Positions 27,521-41,097 are shown, numbered from the whole stretch's first letter. The stretch is DNA of 62,460 nt, filler included, from Pirum gemmata (GCA_002812295.1; 17 parts of 17 records of this genome joined end to end with filler, not necessarily neighbours in it), one strand, 5' to 3'. Program-made: numbers and translations. Notes: generated from the letters alone by a model not told the origin.

Positions 27521-27705
27521 TCGTGATTTTCATTTATTTTGTCACTCTGAATATTTATTTGGAGGGTTATAATATTTAAATTGTCATTTTTAAATCGATA
27601 CATAGATAATAAAATATACCAAATTAAATTAAATGGGTTTATATTTTATTAATTTGATACTATTTATTTTATACTTTGTGATGACAAAACAACTGAAAAG
27701 TACTA
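27521..27705. mobile_element. MITE family A (~185 bp, ~24-bp TIRs, TA-flanked; Tc1/mariner-like by target site)
   Basis: TIR T(C/A)GTGCTTTTCA(T/G)TT(A/G)TTTTGTC. Full or partial copies near 3567, 3737, 4940, 17900, 18670, 20483, 21261, 23731, 30819, 31955, 42047, 43190, 46479, 49811, 50051, 53735 and 57545. Confidence 0.9.
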
Positions 27706-29750
27706 TATAATAGTGTGTAGATATAATAATTATACTGTAGTATAGTCTACTGTCTAGCTCTAGCTAGTAGAATCTAGTAGCTATCAGATAGTTTCTATCC
27801 CGATAAAGAATCTAACTTTCAGTACTCTTTCAGTATGATAAAAGTGTTAGTAGAGTGTTATCATAGTATCATAGTATTACATTAAATAATCGATAGTAGA
27901 CAAATGGTAGGGGTAGCTATCGTGATAAATAGCAGACATTAGACTATTAGTAGATGAGTCTAGCTAGGTCTACTAGCTATCATAGTCTGATAAATTTGAT
28001 AATATGCATGTACGCTATAATAATATAATAATATTATGATAGTCTAATACAAAAAACAATTTGTTTGCACATGATCAACAGCTACAAAAATATCCTTTGA
28101 CAATATACCTTTCAATACGGTATCCTTTCTAAACCATATCAACTAAGTAGTTATATGTAATTAATGACTCTTGAAAGCCATAAAATAATCTGCCATATAA
28201 TATCAAATATATAGTTTGGCTAGCTACTAGCTATAGGCTATCGATAGTTAGGCCTGTTACAGAATATAGAGGCCCGGGCCTGTTAGGCCGAATATGATCA
28301 TACCACATCCAGCCACATCACACACTCATGTTACTTTTTTTAAACACTACGTAAACACCCAATAAAGAGTGTCTTTTTTTATTTATTTTTATTTATTTAT
28401 CATATAAATAAAAAACTAATAAAAAATAAATAATTATGACACTTAGATTATTAAGAATTTATGATATGTTAAAAAAAAAAAAAAAAAAAAAAATTTTTTT
28501 TTTTTTTTNNNNNNNNNNNNNNNNNNNNNNNNNNNNNNNNNNNNNNNNNNNNTTAATTAATTAANNNNNNNNNNNNNNNNNNNNNNNNNNNNNNNNNNNN
28601 NNNNNNNNGGGTTAGGGTTAGGGTTAGGGTTAGGGTTAGGGTTAGGGTTAGGGTTAGGGTTAGGGTTAGGGTTAGGGTACCAGTTTCACATGTTAAATAC
28701 TTAGTACTAACATCTTCTACTGCAAATATCAAAGTACTACTACTAAGACTAGCTAACTAGAGCTACCAGTGATCAGCTCTTATGATATATACCCGTAGTT
28801 GTCTATAGATGTAGCTCTGATATCATAGCTACTATGATCACAGCTACTATCATAGCGACACGTATAGGTGGTATTTGACCGGAAATTAACGTCGAGGGGT
28901 AGCCCGGGTAGGTAGGTAGGGGTATTTGAAGCTGTATTTGACTGGAAATTAGCGTTACGGATTTGCTCCCCTCTTGATAGCTTGATACAAAAGTTCAATA
29001 ATCTCCATTAAATTTTTCTCTAATGTATAAGAAATTTCTAAGGAAATTTTCACAGATAAAAAAATATACTGGTCTAGCTAGAGCTTAGTAGCTAGCTAGA
29101 GATATACTCTCTGGCTAGTAATCTGGTTTCTTTTTCTTATTTATAACTAACAATTGTCACTAATATAAAAATTAATAAACTCATTCATAATGTGCTTGTA
29201 ACCTTGCATGGTGTATCATCATCAACAATTGTTCAACAATTAGTCAACAATCAGTCAAAATCAACAATCCGTCAAGGGAAGTCTAGCTCTACTAACTAGC
29301 TAGCTAGTTGGAGTCTCAGCTAGGGTAAGGGTTTTAGGGTTAGGGTTTTAGGGTTAGGGTTAGGGTTAGGGTTAGGATGAGTTTTAAAATAAGAGCGCTA
29401 GCATTCATGAATGTATTAATATTCATGTATCGTGTTTTTTCAGTTTAAAAACTGAAATAAACTAGTCAAGTTATTATTATGGTTAAACTATCAGGCACAT
29501 TTTAATTCTTTTGGTATTTTATCCTTAATGTTGTATTTTATAAACAAGTTCGATTATACACGTAAACAGTACCAAATTAAATATTGGGAGGATAACTGTA
29601 ATGAAATAGACGATATCCATAATAGCTTCCATAATGTATCGATATGGATATCAATATGGATAATAATATCATAATTTTATAAGAGACCATATAATCGACT
29701 ACCAGACTAGTACTAAGTAAGACCCGGTCTATGTATAGAACTACAAACAG

Positions 29751-29790
<40 letters not shown>

Positions 29791-30399
29791 AAAAAAAAAA
29801 AACAATAAAAAATGAAAGCCTTGTAAGTTGTAACTTTCAGTATGATAATGGAATGAGGCCAACTCAAACAACTCAAATTACTCACTATGAGTCTATGATA
29901 CAATACTTTCTTTCGAGTGACTGTTTGTAAACAAGTCTATCTGGATAGTAGTATCATAGTCTACTAGCTAGCTAGCTACTAAGCTGTGATAGTAGTATGA
30001 TTATGATGCAGGATTATGATGATAATAAAATGATATATAAATGATAATATTATCATAGCTCTAATAATATAATAAGATATATAAGTAATAAGATAGCTCT
30101 CTCTTGTACTAGCTAGTAGCCTAGTAGTAGCTCTTTCTTGTATTATTTTAATAAAAAGCTCTTGTAAGAGCTCTTGCTTGTATCATAGGTTTATCCATAT
30201 CATATCTACTATCATATTGATTATCACGATAGTATAGTCAGTAGCTATGATCCTAGCTAGAAGTTAGGGAGGGATGCCCTAATTTCTCTCTCCCAACATT
30301 TTATTGGCCCCCAACTTTTTTTTCTTTCTAAGGAGAAATTTTTATGCACTCCCCCAGCTCAGGGCCCGCTGCCCGCTGTCTATTTTTTATCATAGTCTA

Positions 30400-30596
30400 T
30401 AGTGTTTTCCAATAGTGTTGTCCAGTTCAAAAACTTAAAATAAACTTACCAAATTATTATTATGGTTAAACCATCGGACATGTTTTGATTAATTTGGTAT
30501 TTTATATATAATGTTACATTTTATAAAACAGTTCAATTATACACTTAAAAAATACCAAATTAAAGATTGAGAAGACAACTGTAATGAAATAGACGA
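30400..30596. mobile_element. MITE family E (~195 bp, TA-flanked, termini related to family A)
   Basis: TA|TAGTGTTTT...GTAATGAAATAGACGA|TA. Second copy at 29430-29613; remnants near 25695-25830 (rev), 40515-40549 and 43460-43517. Confidence 0.75.
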
Positions 30597-30818
30597 TAGA
30601 CTATTGATAGCAACTAGACAGGGGCTAGCTAGCTAGACCCCTAGCTAGCTAGCTAGTAGAGGACTAGCTAGGCCCCTTCTACTACTAGCTAGACTATCGA
30701 TAGTAGTATCATACCTGATAGCTACCATGAATCCATGATATCATAGGATTCATAGCTAGCTAGCTAGTATCGATAGTATCGATAGCTATCATATCAATCA
30801 TAGATAACTATCGTACTA

Positions 30819-31002
30819 TCGTGCTTTTCAGTTATTTTGTCGTCATAAAATATACAATAAATAGTGCCAAATTAATACAATATAAATCCATTTCATTTAA
30901 TTTGGTATATTTTATTATATATTTATTTATTTAAAGTATCAATTTAAATATTATAAACAACCAAATAAATATTCAGAGTGACAAAATAAATGAAAAGCAC
31001 AA
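30819..31002. mobile_element. MITE family A, complete copy
   Basis: TA|TCGTGCTTTTCAGTTATTTTGTC...GACAAAATAAATGAAAAGCACAA|TA. Confidence 0.9.
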
Positions 31003-31196
31003 TATCTATGATAACTAGGATATTTTAGAAGAAATTAATAATTTAAAGTTCTGAAAGAAAGTTGATTTACAAATATCAGATAGGCAGTCATAGTCTCATA
31101 CTGTGGTATGACAAAACATGGATTTTTTTACTATTTTTTTCCAGGATTTTTTTATAGTATTTTTTTGTAGCTAGACTAAATTAGACTAATCTGATA

Positions 31197-31432
31197 TTTT
31201 TTTTTTTTTAACAGCCAAGCCGGATTTAGACTTCTTTTCTAAAAATATAGCCAAATTATTTTTAAAAACTAGTCATTGGTTCATAATAGAGTTTTCTTAG
31301 TTAGACGATTTCTCAAAGTTTGGTAGTACTTTTATGAAAATTGGATCATTTTGATATTTTTTGGATTTTGGGCTCATATGACGGATGTCACCATTTTTAC
31401 CCGGCTTGGTAAAAAAAAAAAAAAAAAAAAAA
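31197..31432. mobile_element. Repeat family D, complete copy (T-run + CCAAGCCGG ... CCGGCTTGG + A-run)
   Basis: Inverted ends. Homologous copies at 22361-22610, ~26100-26275, ~45763-45990 and ~62235-62330 (rev). Confidence 0.75.
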
Positions 31433-32953
31433 TAGTCTAGGTAAAAAGAAAAGGGGAAAAAATGGATGTCTGGAGAATTTAACTTCAGTCGTGTCAGAGG
31501 GTAAAAAAAAAGAGGAACAGTATCATTTATTATACTGTAGTGTATCATATTAACTTGTTTGATGATTTGATTATCTTTGGATTTTTTTTTGTTTTGTTGT
31601 TTACAATATGTCAAAGACCCCATGAAAAAACAAAACTTTCTTTTTTCCTGGGGTCTTTGAGTGTGTCAATAATTTTCAAATTAAAAACAGACCCATCTAA
31701 CATAGAAGTACTGGTAGTTAATAAATGGCTATTATTTTATATATAAATGACTCTGTTGATATTATTATTATTACTTATATAGACCCCATTCGACTACTAG
31801 CTAAGTTTGTTTGTAGTTCTCATGGTTTGTATATATTATAATTTATAATATATATATTGTATGTATACATCTATATAAGTCATCTATAGACTACAAGACC
31901 TCCTGCTACTAAGACCTCCTACTACTAAGATATCCCATCAATATCATTTATTACTAGTGCTTTTCAGTTATTTTGTCGTCATAAAATATACAATAAATAG
32001 CACCAAATTAATACAATATAAATCCATTTNNNNNNNNNNNNNNNNNNNNNNNNNNNNNNNNNNNNNNNNNNNNTTAATTAATTAANNNNNNNNNNNNNNN
32101 NNNNNNNNNNNNNNNNNNNNNNNNNNNNNTAATGATAATGATAATGATAATGATAATTATAATTATAATTAAACGCCAAAGTATTATGAAACAAATCAAT
32201 AAATTACAACTACGAGCGAAAAACTGTAACCTACGGCTCCTTTTTATAGTATCAAGAGTATCAGTTGATGATAGTATGATATCGATATGCTACTGTCGAT
32301 AGTAGTGATTCGATAAGTATTCGATACTACTCTAGCTAGCTAGCTAGCTAGATAGCTATGATAGATAACTACTAGCTACTAGTAGTAGAGTGCTAGCTAC
32401 TAAGTAGTAGCTAGTTGTAAAAAGGAATGTGTGGGCTGTGTGGCCCACAGTGTGGGTGATAAAAAAACTGAAAAAAATAACTAAAAAAGACAAAACAAAA
32501 AAATATCGGATAATGATACTAGCTAGTAGAGGGTCTATAATGATTATAAATAAATATCTCGACTATCTCTTTTATAAATGTATCATATTATATATAACCA
32601 AGTAACTTTTAAGACTACTCTTAGACTACTGGTAAAAAGTAACACGCATATGTCATTGCATAACCCTAATTATGCTATAATATTATCATAAATTGTAATA
32701 ATGTAAAAGAAATCGATATTTTATTATACGTATATATAAATAAAAAAAAAATTATTATTATTATTTTCTTTTTTATTTTATATGGAATTACTGGTATAAT
32801 GATAATAATAATAAAATTTTTCAATAAAGAAAAAAAAACGTACTGTAAAAAGTGTATAAAACTGATTTTTTTAAAAAATAAACTACTACTGTACGACACA
32901 AATACGCAGCAGTTAGAAACTACATACTATATAGTTTAAAAGTGATAATTAGA

Positions 32954-35382
32954 TTAGCAAACTGATTTTCTTGCAGAAAACGCATCTAAAATTTTTCTAT
33001 TATTATTGCTCTTATCTTTTTCTTTTTTACTGTCCCCAGACGTGGATCGAAAAAAAAACCCTTTCTTTTTGCCGTGGGAAAATAAATTTGTGATGCTGGA
33101 CTTCCTTTTACTGTTTCCACGACCAATGCCACTCTGACTGTCATTCAGTACAGCGACGTTATCATTACGAAAAACATCAACTTCCAATTCAGTGTAGTCA
33201 CCATTACTTTCCCTGCACTCCATGTTGATCGCGCCACTGTTATAGCTATGACTGGGTCTTTTATTTTCATAATACGACACCTCTGTGTCAGTAAGTTGAT
33301 CGTCACTACAATCCAATAAAGTTTTGCTATTTCCTAATGTAATCGGTATTTCGTAGTCAGCGCAAGTATGTTTTTTAACAGGGGAGTTTGACCTTACTTG
33401 ACGATAATCAATATAATTGGGTTTCAGGGTTTCGCTATGCCTTCGTAAATTTTGTCTTGGTAAATGTTCATTTTGAAGCCTCGGTCGTGTTTGAAGTGAT
33501 TGTGATTGATATTGCTGCTGTGGTCGTTGTGGTTGCAGTTGTAGTGGCTGCTGTAGTGGCTGTTGTAGTGGTGGTTTTAGTGGTGGTTGTAATGGTGGTT
33601 GTAGTGGTGGTTGTAGTGGTGGTTGTAGTGGTGGTTGTAGTGGTGGTTGTAGTGGTGGTTGTTGCTTTTGTATCAGTTGTGGACGGACAGTGTTTAGAAT
33701 ATCTTCTAAAATATTTTCAAGGCAATCAACGGCAGAAGTTGACCAAGCGTTAATCCACCAATTATGATACAATTCCGTAAACTTTCCGAACAGCTCCTTA
33801 TTTTTTAAAAAACCTTCTTTCTCTATACGATTTAATGATTCCTCAAGTGCTCCAACTAACCGATCATTAGAAGCTTCGCTAAGATTACAATCCTGTGACA
33901 ACACATCATTATCAGGCTCTTCTTCCTGGTCATAATTTTCAAGTAAACTAGTTATTTGTTTCAGCATACCGACGGTTAAAACTTTAAGGCCGATGGTAAT
34001 GGCCATACTAATTTGCAATTTTCGATATAGTTGTAATGGATTATCTTTAACCAAAAATTTTCTTTTTGAAAAGCAGCGATTGTAGCCATCTATTTCACTT
34101 TCAAGCTCACCATTTCCATCGTCACTAGCAATATGTAATGGGTCAGCATAATTGTCATTACATTCAACAACACCATTTACTTTATCAACGGTACTTCTGC
34201 AATTTTCATCTGATCCGGTTTCTTCCGTATTTTTCGAATTTTCAGTATTATCAAGCATGCTGTCTAAGAATCCATGCCATGAACTTGATTTACTATTCAA
34301 AGTACTGAGTTCATTTTGATAATTTGAACTATGCACATTAGTATACTTACTTTTGTTTGTATTGCCAGCTTTATTCGAAGCGCTGGCCCGAAGAATCCCA
34401 GTATCAATAGCACTCCGATCCTTGGGTTTTAGCTTGACTTGTGTTTTTTTACTTTCATTGTTGCCAATAGCCGCACTTGTTAACATAACAGTTGTTGTTG
34501 TCGTAGTTGTATACGAAGTAGATAATGCTCGGACACGATTACCTCTGGGAAGCATATTTGCAGGTGGTAAAACAGAAGGCACAGTCCTTCTTCTTCTAGC
34601 CGTAATTTTGTCTTGTGTCATCACTTCTTGATTGCCAATATCATGAGTGTCATCAGCATTATCATCAACAATATCAGTATCTGCATCGTCACTAAATTTC
34701 TGTTGCTCAGATCGCAAAACAAAAAAATGAAATTGCGCTTTTAGTGGTAATAACGACTTGACACAAAAATGATTTACTATTAAAGAATCGTTTCTTACAG
34801 ATTTCAACTCACTTGTAACATTACATTCCTTTCTGAAGATATTACCAGTCGGCTTCAGATTATTGCTACCTAAATCATCATCATCATCATCATCGACATC
34901 ATCGTCCACGTCGCTACCTTTATATTCATCTTTACCACTATGGTTGTTTTTTGCTGTTTTGTTATTAGAGACTTTTGTTGTTGTTTGCGACCTTTTTTTT
35001 CCAAAAACTTTAAAAGAAGTGGTCCTTCCCATTTTATAATTTATTTGTAGATATCGTAGAACTAAATACACTTATGATTGAATGACACTAGAGAAAAAGA
35101 AATAAAACCCAGGTTTCTTTTTCGGACCAGAAAACTGGCTGGGAAAAAAAACGTTGGTTGGTCTACGATTTAAGTTAGACTGTTGTATTTTTTCCTTATC
35201 GTGTTTGAGTTGTTGTTGCTCTGGGCTATTTTTAAGCATTAGTTGTTGTTGTTTAAGTTGATCTATTGGTATTTTAGTCGGTTCAATAAATTGTAATACC
35301 TCGAAATCACGATTATCCTCTATTTCAACTTGATTTGTTCTTTTTTTAACGTTAGCGAAAGCGAAAAGTGGATTCAACATAC
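32954..35382 (-). CDS. Large orphan, largely disordered protein with (QPPL)n repeat and several Tyr motifs; 5' exons missing
   Basis: The 705-aa ORF and the adjacent in-frame 102-aa ORF can be joined by an 84-nt GT..AG intron (35108-35025) that removes the single TAA. TTTCATAG acceptor at 35383. Confidence 0.75.
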
Positions 35383-35421
35383 CTATGAAAACAATAATAC
35401 CCAGATTTTATCACGCAGTTA

Positions 35422-35453
<32 letters not shown>

Positions 35454-36701
35454 TAATAACATGGTCAAATTCAAATTATACAAATTCAGTAGTATAGGTT
35501 TCTGTACCTTCAATAGGGTTTGGGTTTGGGTTTGGGTTAGGGTTAGGGTTAGGGTTAGGGTTAGGGCTGGGGTTAGGGTTAGGGTTAGGGTTAGGGTTNN
35601 NNNNNNNNNNNNNNNNNNNNNNNNNNNNNNNNNNNNNNNNNNTTAATTAATTAANNNNNNNNNNNNNNNNNNNNNNNNNNNNNNNNNNNNNNNNNNNNAT
35701 AATATAACAATAACAATAATACTACGTATACAATAATAATATAGCAATAAAAATAACAATAACAATAACAATAACAATAACAATAACAATAACAATAACA
35801 ATAACAATAACAATAACAATAAAATAACGTACATAGTCAACCAATCCATAATCAATCAACACAACCACAATACAATCAACACTACAACCACCATCACTTA
35901 TTTGTCTCAATACACCATTAATAATTTACATGTATAAAGCTCTTACTTTATAGACTAACGAATCCTCAAGACGATAAACCACATTGCCAGCTTGCATAAA
36001 TTATTACGCTTGTCCCCTATAACAACAACAATAACAATAACAATAATAGTAATAATAATGATAATATAACAATAACAATAATATGGTCATACTACAATAA
36101 TAAACTATAATAATATAACAATAACAATAACAATATTTTAATAACACTAATAATAACAATAACAATAACAATAACAATAACAATAACGTTAACAATAACA
36201 ATAACAATAACAATAACAATGTCAATGACAAGAACATTAATATTATTATTACATTATTAATGACCGTATCAGATAAAAAATATATATAAAAACATGAAAG
36301 ATTCAAAAAAAAAAAAATGACAATAACAATAGCTATGCATAGCAGTAAGAAATAAAAATATAATATTATGTATAATAATTATACCAGATGAAAATGTAAA
36401 AATAGATTTATATGATATATAAACCCAATGCGTTACAAAAAAAACAAAAAAAAACAAAAAATGTATATACATATTATATATATAGACTATATATTATAAA
36501 TTTTATACACATAATATTAATTTAAAAACACATTTTTTTTTTTTTGTTTGATGTTTGTTTTTTACGTTATTTATTTTTATTTTGACTTTTGTTGTCTATA
36601 TTAATTAAAAATTAATATAATTATTAATACTAATAGGTAATTTATACAAACTTTTTAATTTTAACACTAGTGATAATAATAGTAAAAGAACTGACTACAT
36701 C

Positions 36702-39077
36702 ATGTTTTCCGCTCTTGGAAAAATATCAAGCTTTCAAAGCATGTTTGCTAGTTCTAATTCGAGTCCAGAACAATATTCATGCCCAGCAACGATTATGACA
36801 GACTCTGGTAATTAAATTATTATCATATATAATAATAAAATAGCAGTTCCGATAACGAATTTCTAACAATATTATACTAATTAATACTAATACTACTTCT
36901 AATGCTATAGTATAAGTACTAATACTAATTTTTTAATTAAATCCTAATATTGTTATTAATTATAATATTGAAATATTAATACTAATTTATAAATTAATAT
37001 TTTAATTAATAATACTAATTAATACTAATACGAATACTAATATTAATACTAATATTAAAATACTAATATTAAAATATTAATACTAGTACTAATACTAATA
37101 TTAATTAAAACACTTAAATTAATACTAATATTTTAATTATAATATTAATAATTATAAATACTAATTTATTAATGCTAATACTAATATACCAATATACTAA
37201 TACTAATACTAATACTAATACTAATACTAATACTAATACTAATACTAATACTAATGGAGTTGCGGTTAATTCACCTGTTATTATTGGTCATTTAGATAAT
37301 GATAGTCAAAACTATGACAATGGTTGTACAAAAGGAAGTATCAATACTAATATTTTAAAATACTAATTAATACTAGTACTAATACTAATATTAAAACACT
37401 AACCCATACTAATACTAATACCTGCTAATACTAATACCTGCTAATACTAATACTTATATTAATACTAATACTAATACCTGCTAATACTAATACTAATACT
37501 AATACTAATATTTTAATACTAATATTATACTAATACCAATACCAATACTAATACTAATACTAATATTTTAATACTAATACTAATACTAATACCAATACTA
37601 ATACTAATACTAACGTTAACCCGAACCCTAACCCTAATAATATTTCTAATAATAATAATACTAATTAATATCAATGCTAATTATAATAGTAACTATATAA
37701 TACAAGTATTGTCAATAGAACATGTGTACAACACCATTTTTTTTATTGTTATTATAACTAAAAATAACGTTCATTAATATTACATATATTCGTAGTTCGT
37801 TCTATTTCTTCTGAGGCAAAATTTAATGTATTATCTGAAAAAGAAAATAAATGGATGGAAATGAGGGATGAAAAAACAGCAACCAAATTTGAAGAATATT
37901 TTAAGCAATTAAATTTTGATATTGACTACTCTAATTATAGTAATAATAATAAAGATAATGAGACATCTAAAGTTAAATTCCCACGTATTGGCATTGCTGT
38001 CTCTGGTGGTGGCCATCGTTCTTTTATGAATGCAGCGGGTGTGTTACATGGGATGGATGACAAAAACGAGTTTGCTAATAGTAATTTCACAGGCGGCTTA
38101 TTCCAATTAAGTTCCCATATCGTTGGGTTATCAGGGGGGAGTTGGTTAGTAGCAGCCTTACTTGCAAATGATTACCCTGCAATTGAAGAATTGTTAACTG
38201 ATACGAACTTTAATACACATGCCTTACAACCTAAAAGTATTTTTATACATTGTTTATAATATTTATTATATAATGTATTGTGTTAATGTTGATGAATGTC
38301 AATTTTGTTTTTATGAATCGGTTTAGTTTAGTTGTGCTGCTTTTTTTTATATATAATTTTTGTTTGTTCATTTTTAATACTTTTATTATTGTAGGTGTTA
38401 TAATATGCTATATAATATATATTATACCAAGTCTTATCATTATTAATTATACCCAATGTTATTAATTGATTAATTAATTAATTAGACTTATATAGGATAC
38501 CACTAAATTAGTTATAATATTTTGATAGTATAAAAATTATACAATATCAGACAATAATATAATAATTTTTTTAATTTTTTTTTTGTAATTTAATTAATAG
38601 GCGGATTTTTAAATACAGTATTGGCTTTAAAGCATTTAACGGGGTCAGTTTCGCAAGTAAAAAGCAAAAAAAAGGCGGGATTTCCAGTTTCGTTAGTAGA
38701 TATATGGGGGGAAACATTCGCAAGACAAATTTTGTATTCAAAAACAAACTTTGGTCAAAATATTCATTTATCAGATTTTGCACATAATCCTCACTCTGCC
38801 TTTTATAACCAAAACGGCCCTTTTCCTACTATGGTAACCAATTCTTACTACCAAAACCAAAGTCCAGAAAAAGGGATATCTTGGGAGTTTAATCCTTTGG
38901 AAATAGGTAGTTTTAATCCAGTCGTTAAAACTTTTGTTGATACTCAAATGTTTGGTTCAGATTTTAATCATCAATCAAAAGATAATCAAAAATGTGCCAG
39001 TCATGTTGATAAGTTGAGCTATATATTTGGAATGTCCTCCTTTGCCATGGCAGCCCCTGATAAAGATGTGTTACCAA
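36702..39077 (+). CDS. Lysophospholipase / phospholipase B (PLA2_B catalytic domain), exons 36702-36807, 37796-38236, 38601-39077; 3'-truncated
   Basis: PRIGIAVSGGGHRS, nucleophile motif GLSGGSW, KKKAGFPVSLVDIWG, GPFP, WEFNPLEIGSF. All junctions are phase-compatible GT-AG. Confidence 0.92.
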
Positions 39078-39149
39078 GTATGTTTTCATTATTACTTTTA
39101 TCTTTTTTAGTTTTTTATTCACACTGTTTTATAAAAATTACTAAATGTA

Positions 39150-39182
<33 letters not shown>

Positions 39183-40936
39183 ATAATTATTATTAATANN
39201 NNNNNNNNNNNNNNNNNNNNNNNNNNNNNNNNNNNNNNNNNNTTAATTAATTAANNNNNNNNNNNNNNNNNNNNNNNNNNNNNNNNNNNNNNNNNNNNAT
39301 TATTATTATTATTATTGCTGTTCTGTAGTATAAATGAAATACAGGTAAAGCGTAACCAAATATACTTAATTAAAAAACAATAAAAAGAGCAGCGCATATA
39401 AGCTTAATTAATTAATTATTTTCAGATTATTTTAAAATAACAAATTATAGTGTATAAATTTGCAATTGAATTTAATTTCAAAGCAAAGTAGAGTGAATCA
39501 TCTTTGTAATAATCAATTAATTTTTATAATTAGCTTACCCAAATAGAACAGTAGTACCGCATCAGTACGTACACCAAATAATTATATATTTTAATAATTA
39601 ATAAATACAATACTAATTTATAACAAGAACAATAACAGAAACACTAACGGCAACAACAACAGCAGAAACAACCACAACAACGTGCAAAAGAACAACAAGA
39701 ACAATAACGACTACATGTACAACAACAAGAATAATAAGAATATAATAATAATAATAATATTAATAATAATAATAATAATAAGAAAAATTAATTTTAAAGC
39801 AACAAATTCACGCAATAGGTAATTAATAGTGGAGTCTCTCTATAAATCATAGTACACACTATAGCATCATAAAGTCAGGGAGTTCAAAGAATCCTTTTTG
39901 TTGCGTAGTTTTGCAGTTTTGCGTACGTACAGTGTATTATACGTGGTCTACTACATACATATCAATACTATCATTCTTTAGAAAAGCTACTATCAATAGC
40001 TCTATCAATCTATCATAGCTAGTAGACTTTAAATTTGTTGGTGCGTTTGGCGCAAGTAATAGCCTGCTCCAGTGGTTCACACTTCCAGACACACCTCCAC
40101 ACACCTAGCCACTAGCAGTAGCTCTACTAGCTAGCAACCACACCGCAGCCACACACCCAAGAGCTACCCAAAGGTCCCAAAGTCCCAAACACTAATAGCT
40201 CCATCAGACTATCAGACTCCATGACTAAAATTGACTAAACCAAGTGACCAAGTCTAAACCAGCTTTTTTCAAGTTTTTTTCAGCATTCTTTTCGTACATT
40301 TTTTTTCATTTTTCCAAAGACTTCAAAAAAAGAACTTTTTTTGAAGTCCTTGGTTTTTCCCAAAAACAAACTGACCAGCCAATGGAAATGGATAATGACA
40401 AATTTTTACCTTGCATTATTACTAACCACACAGTAACCACACCTATTTTAAAAACCACACAGAAAAGAATACAGTCTTAGAGTGTCTTAGACCATACACT
40501 TTTTTTAAAAAAAACAGTGCCAAATTAAACAGTAATGAAATAGACGATATCTGATAAACGAGCCGATAAAAGAGTCTAAAGGGGTCCAGTTAGCTAGCTA
40601 TCATAGTAATTTACAATATATCGATATATAGTATATGTATGGCTTTTCACATGAGAACTAACTACATACGTCACATGTGTGCGAGTTCTCGTGATCTTCT
40701 TTAAATAATTTCAATGTGTGTCTTCACAATGACAGACTATTTTTAAAAATTAAATAACAGACTTTTTATAAATACATCGATATCATAGTGATATCATTTT
40801 AAAAATATGATGTATAATAATATATATAATAAATAATATTATTATATCAATTTTTCACTAATTTTTCTATGATCAAGTTTTTTCAGTCTTCCCAGTTTTT
40901 TGAGCCATATTTTATTAGAAAAAAAGGGGGTTAGGC

Positions 40937-41097
40937 AGTAGGGGTGAGATGACGTCATTTTATTATTACCGAACAGCTGTCGAAACTTTTCCGATTTTAT
41001 GGTTTATTACTATTAATGTTAATAAGAAACACGGAAATAAGCTTGGCTCGATAAGCATCTGTTCGAAAAAAGTTCCAATAGATATCTCACCCCTATT
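40937..41097. mobile_element. MITE family C with 8-bp TSD (GGTTAGGC)
   Basis: TIR AGTAGGGGTGAGAT...ATCTCACCCCTA(C/T)T flanked by GGTTAGGC at 40929-40936 and 41098-41105. Confidence 0.9.

Noticed and set aside
35025..35108. Possible TAA/TAG=Gln genetic code or readthrough suggested by in-frame TAA codons here, at 3164 and at 7963
   Set aside because: Long Gln-rich genes (cyclin, 723-aa and 705-aa ORFs) have no internal TAA/TAG and some end in TAA. This stop is removable by an 84-nt intron; the others co-occur with frameshifts.
35830..36017. Exon-like minus-strand segment (FMQAGNVVYRLEDS...DYGLVDY)
   Set aside because: Contains in-frame stops, has no recognisable homology, and a plus-strand low-complexity reading is equally plausible.
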